This document shows positions 35,321 through 35,829 of a stretch of 35,829 nucleotides of DNA, one piece after another. The DNA is from Paraspadella gotoi (Eukaryota > Animalia > Chaetognatha), in assembly GCA_051294375.1 (NCBI GenBank), contig JBJCIZ010000694.1, forward strand, positions 1 through 35,829. Reading direction: 5' to 3'. The position numbers and the translations under genes were made by a program. Positions within the stretch are counted from its first letter, which is position 1. Each line of letters starts with the position of its first letter. The notes beneath the pieces were generated by a model. It was not told where the DNA came from, searched no databases, and saw only the letters and a list, made by a program, of their open reading frames with translations.

Positions 35321-35829
35321 CATCAATCAATGAGAGAGTAGAGAGAGAAACTTAAAAAATTCAAATGTTCTTTTGCTTATTTTTAATTTGAACTCGTTTT
35401 CCCACTCCTACGATTCCATCAAGAAAATTTTATATGCCCACCTTTATCAGCATACTTCCCCTACCCACACACACAAAAATTCAACTTTTAATAAACATAA
35501 AATATTATAGGTAAATTAAGTAAAAAATAACTTCAAGTAAATATGACTTTGGTTTTTTCCAATTTTAACTATTTTCCACTCGCCACCGATCCAATCGAAC
35601 ACTTTATTAACGCAGCTCAATAATCCACGATACAACACACGTGTTTCCTACCATCCATTAGAACAAAAATTTCAAATCAATTGCCACTAATCCACTCATG
35701 GAGCAATTTGGCGTTCAATAGTAAATGATATAATTTTTTTTTTTGTTTTTCACAGATGTTAAACGCAATTTCCAACTTGCACGATTCCTCGAAACTTCCA
35801 ATATCCATCTCAATCACACTGTTTCCTCC

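Noticed and set aside
35756-35829. Strong acceptor (tttcacAG) as the next PDXK exon
   Set aside because: The phase-1 translation DVKRNFQLARFLETSN does not resemble the PDXK C-terminus.

Overview
AT-rich, repeat-dense eukaryotic (probably animal) genomic DNA. Five coding exons of a pyridoxal kinase gene (PDXK, + strand) lie between 7982 and 24481. They splice in frame through GT-AG introns of 2146, 13451, 152 and 87 nt; the first and last exons were not found in the window. A small Cys-rich ORF with a signal peptide and transmembrane segment is nested antisense in the 13.4-kb intron. The rest is nested non-autonomous DNA transposons, Helentron/DINE-like elements, minisatellites and (GA)n tracts. 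The main finding is a group of 220-265 bp mobile elements, six copies from at least three diverged families plus a 5' fragment. They typically combine a 5' hairpin, a tRNA-derived Pol III-type head and a circularly permuted (type-P5) twister ribozyme fold whose P3, P4, P5 and T1 pairings covary between families. Two copies have TRTGG...CCAYA termini and exact 4-bp target-site duplications, which looks like integrase-type insertion (solo LTR or retrozyme-like) rather than a classical SINE. All folding and alignment was done by eye. Repeat copies beyond about 28.9 kb show many single-base indels, so base-level lesions there may be sequencing error.
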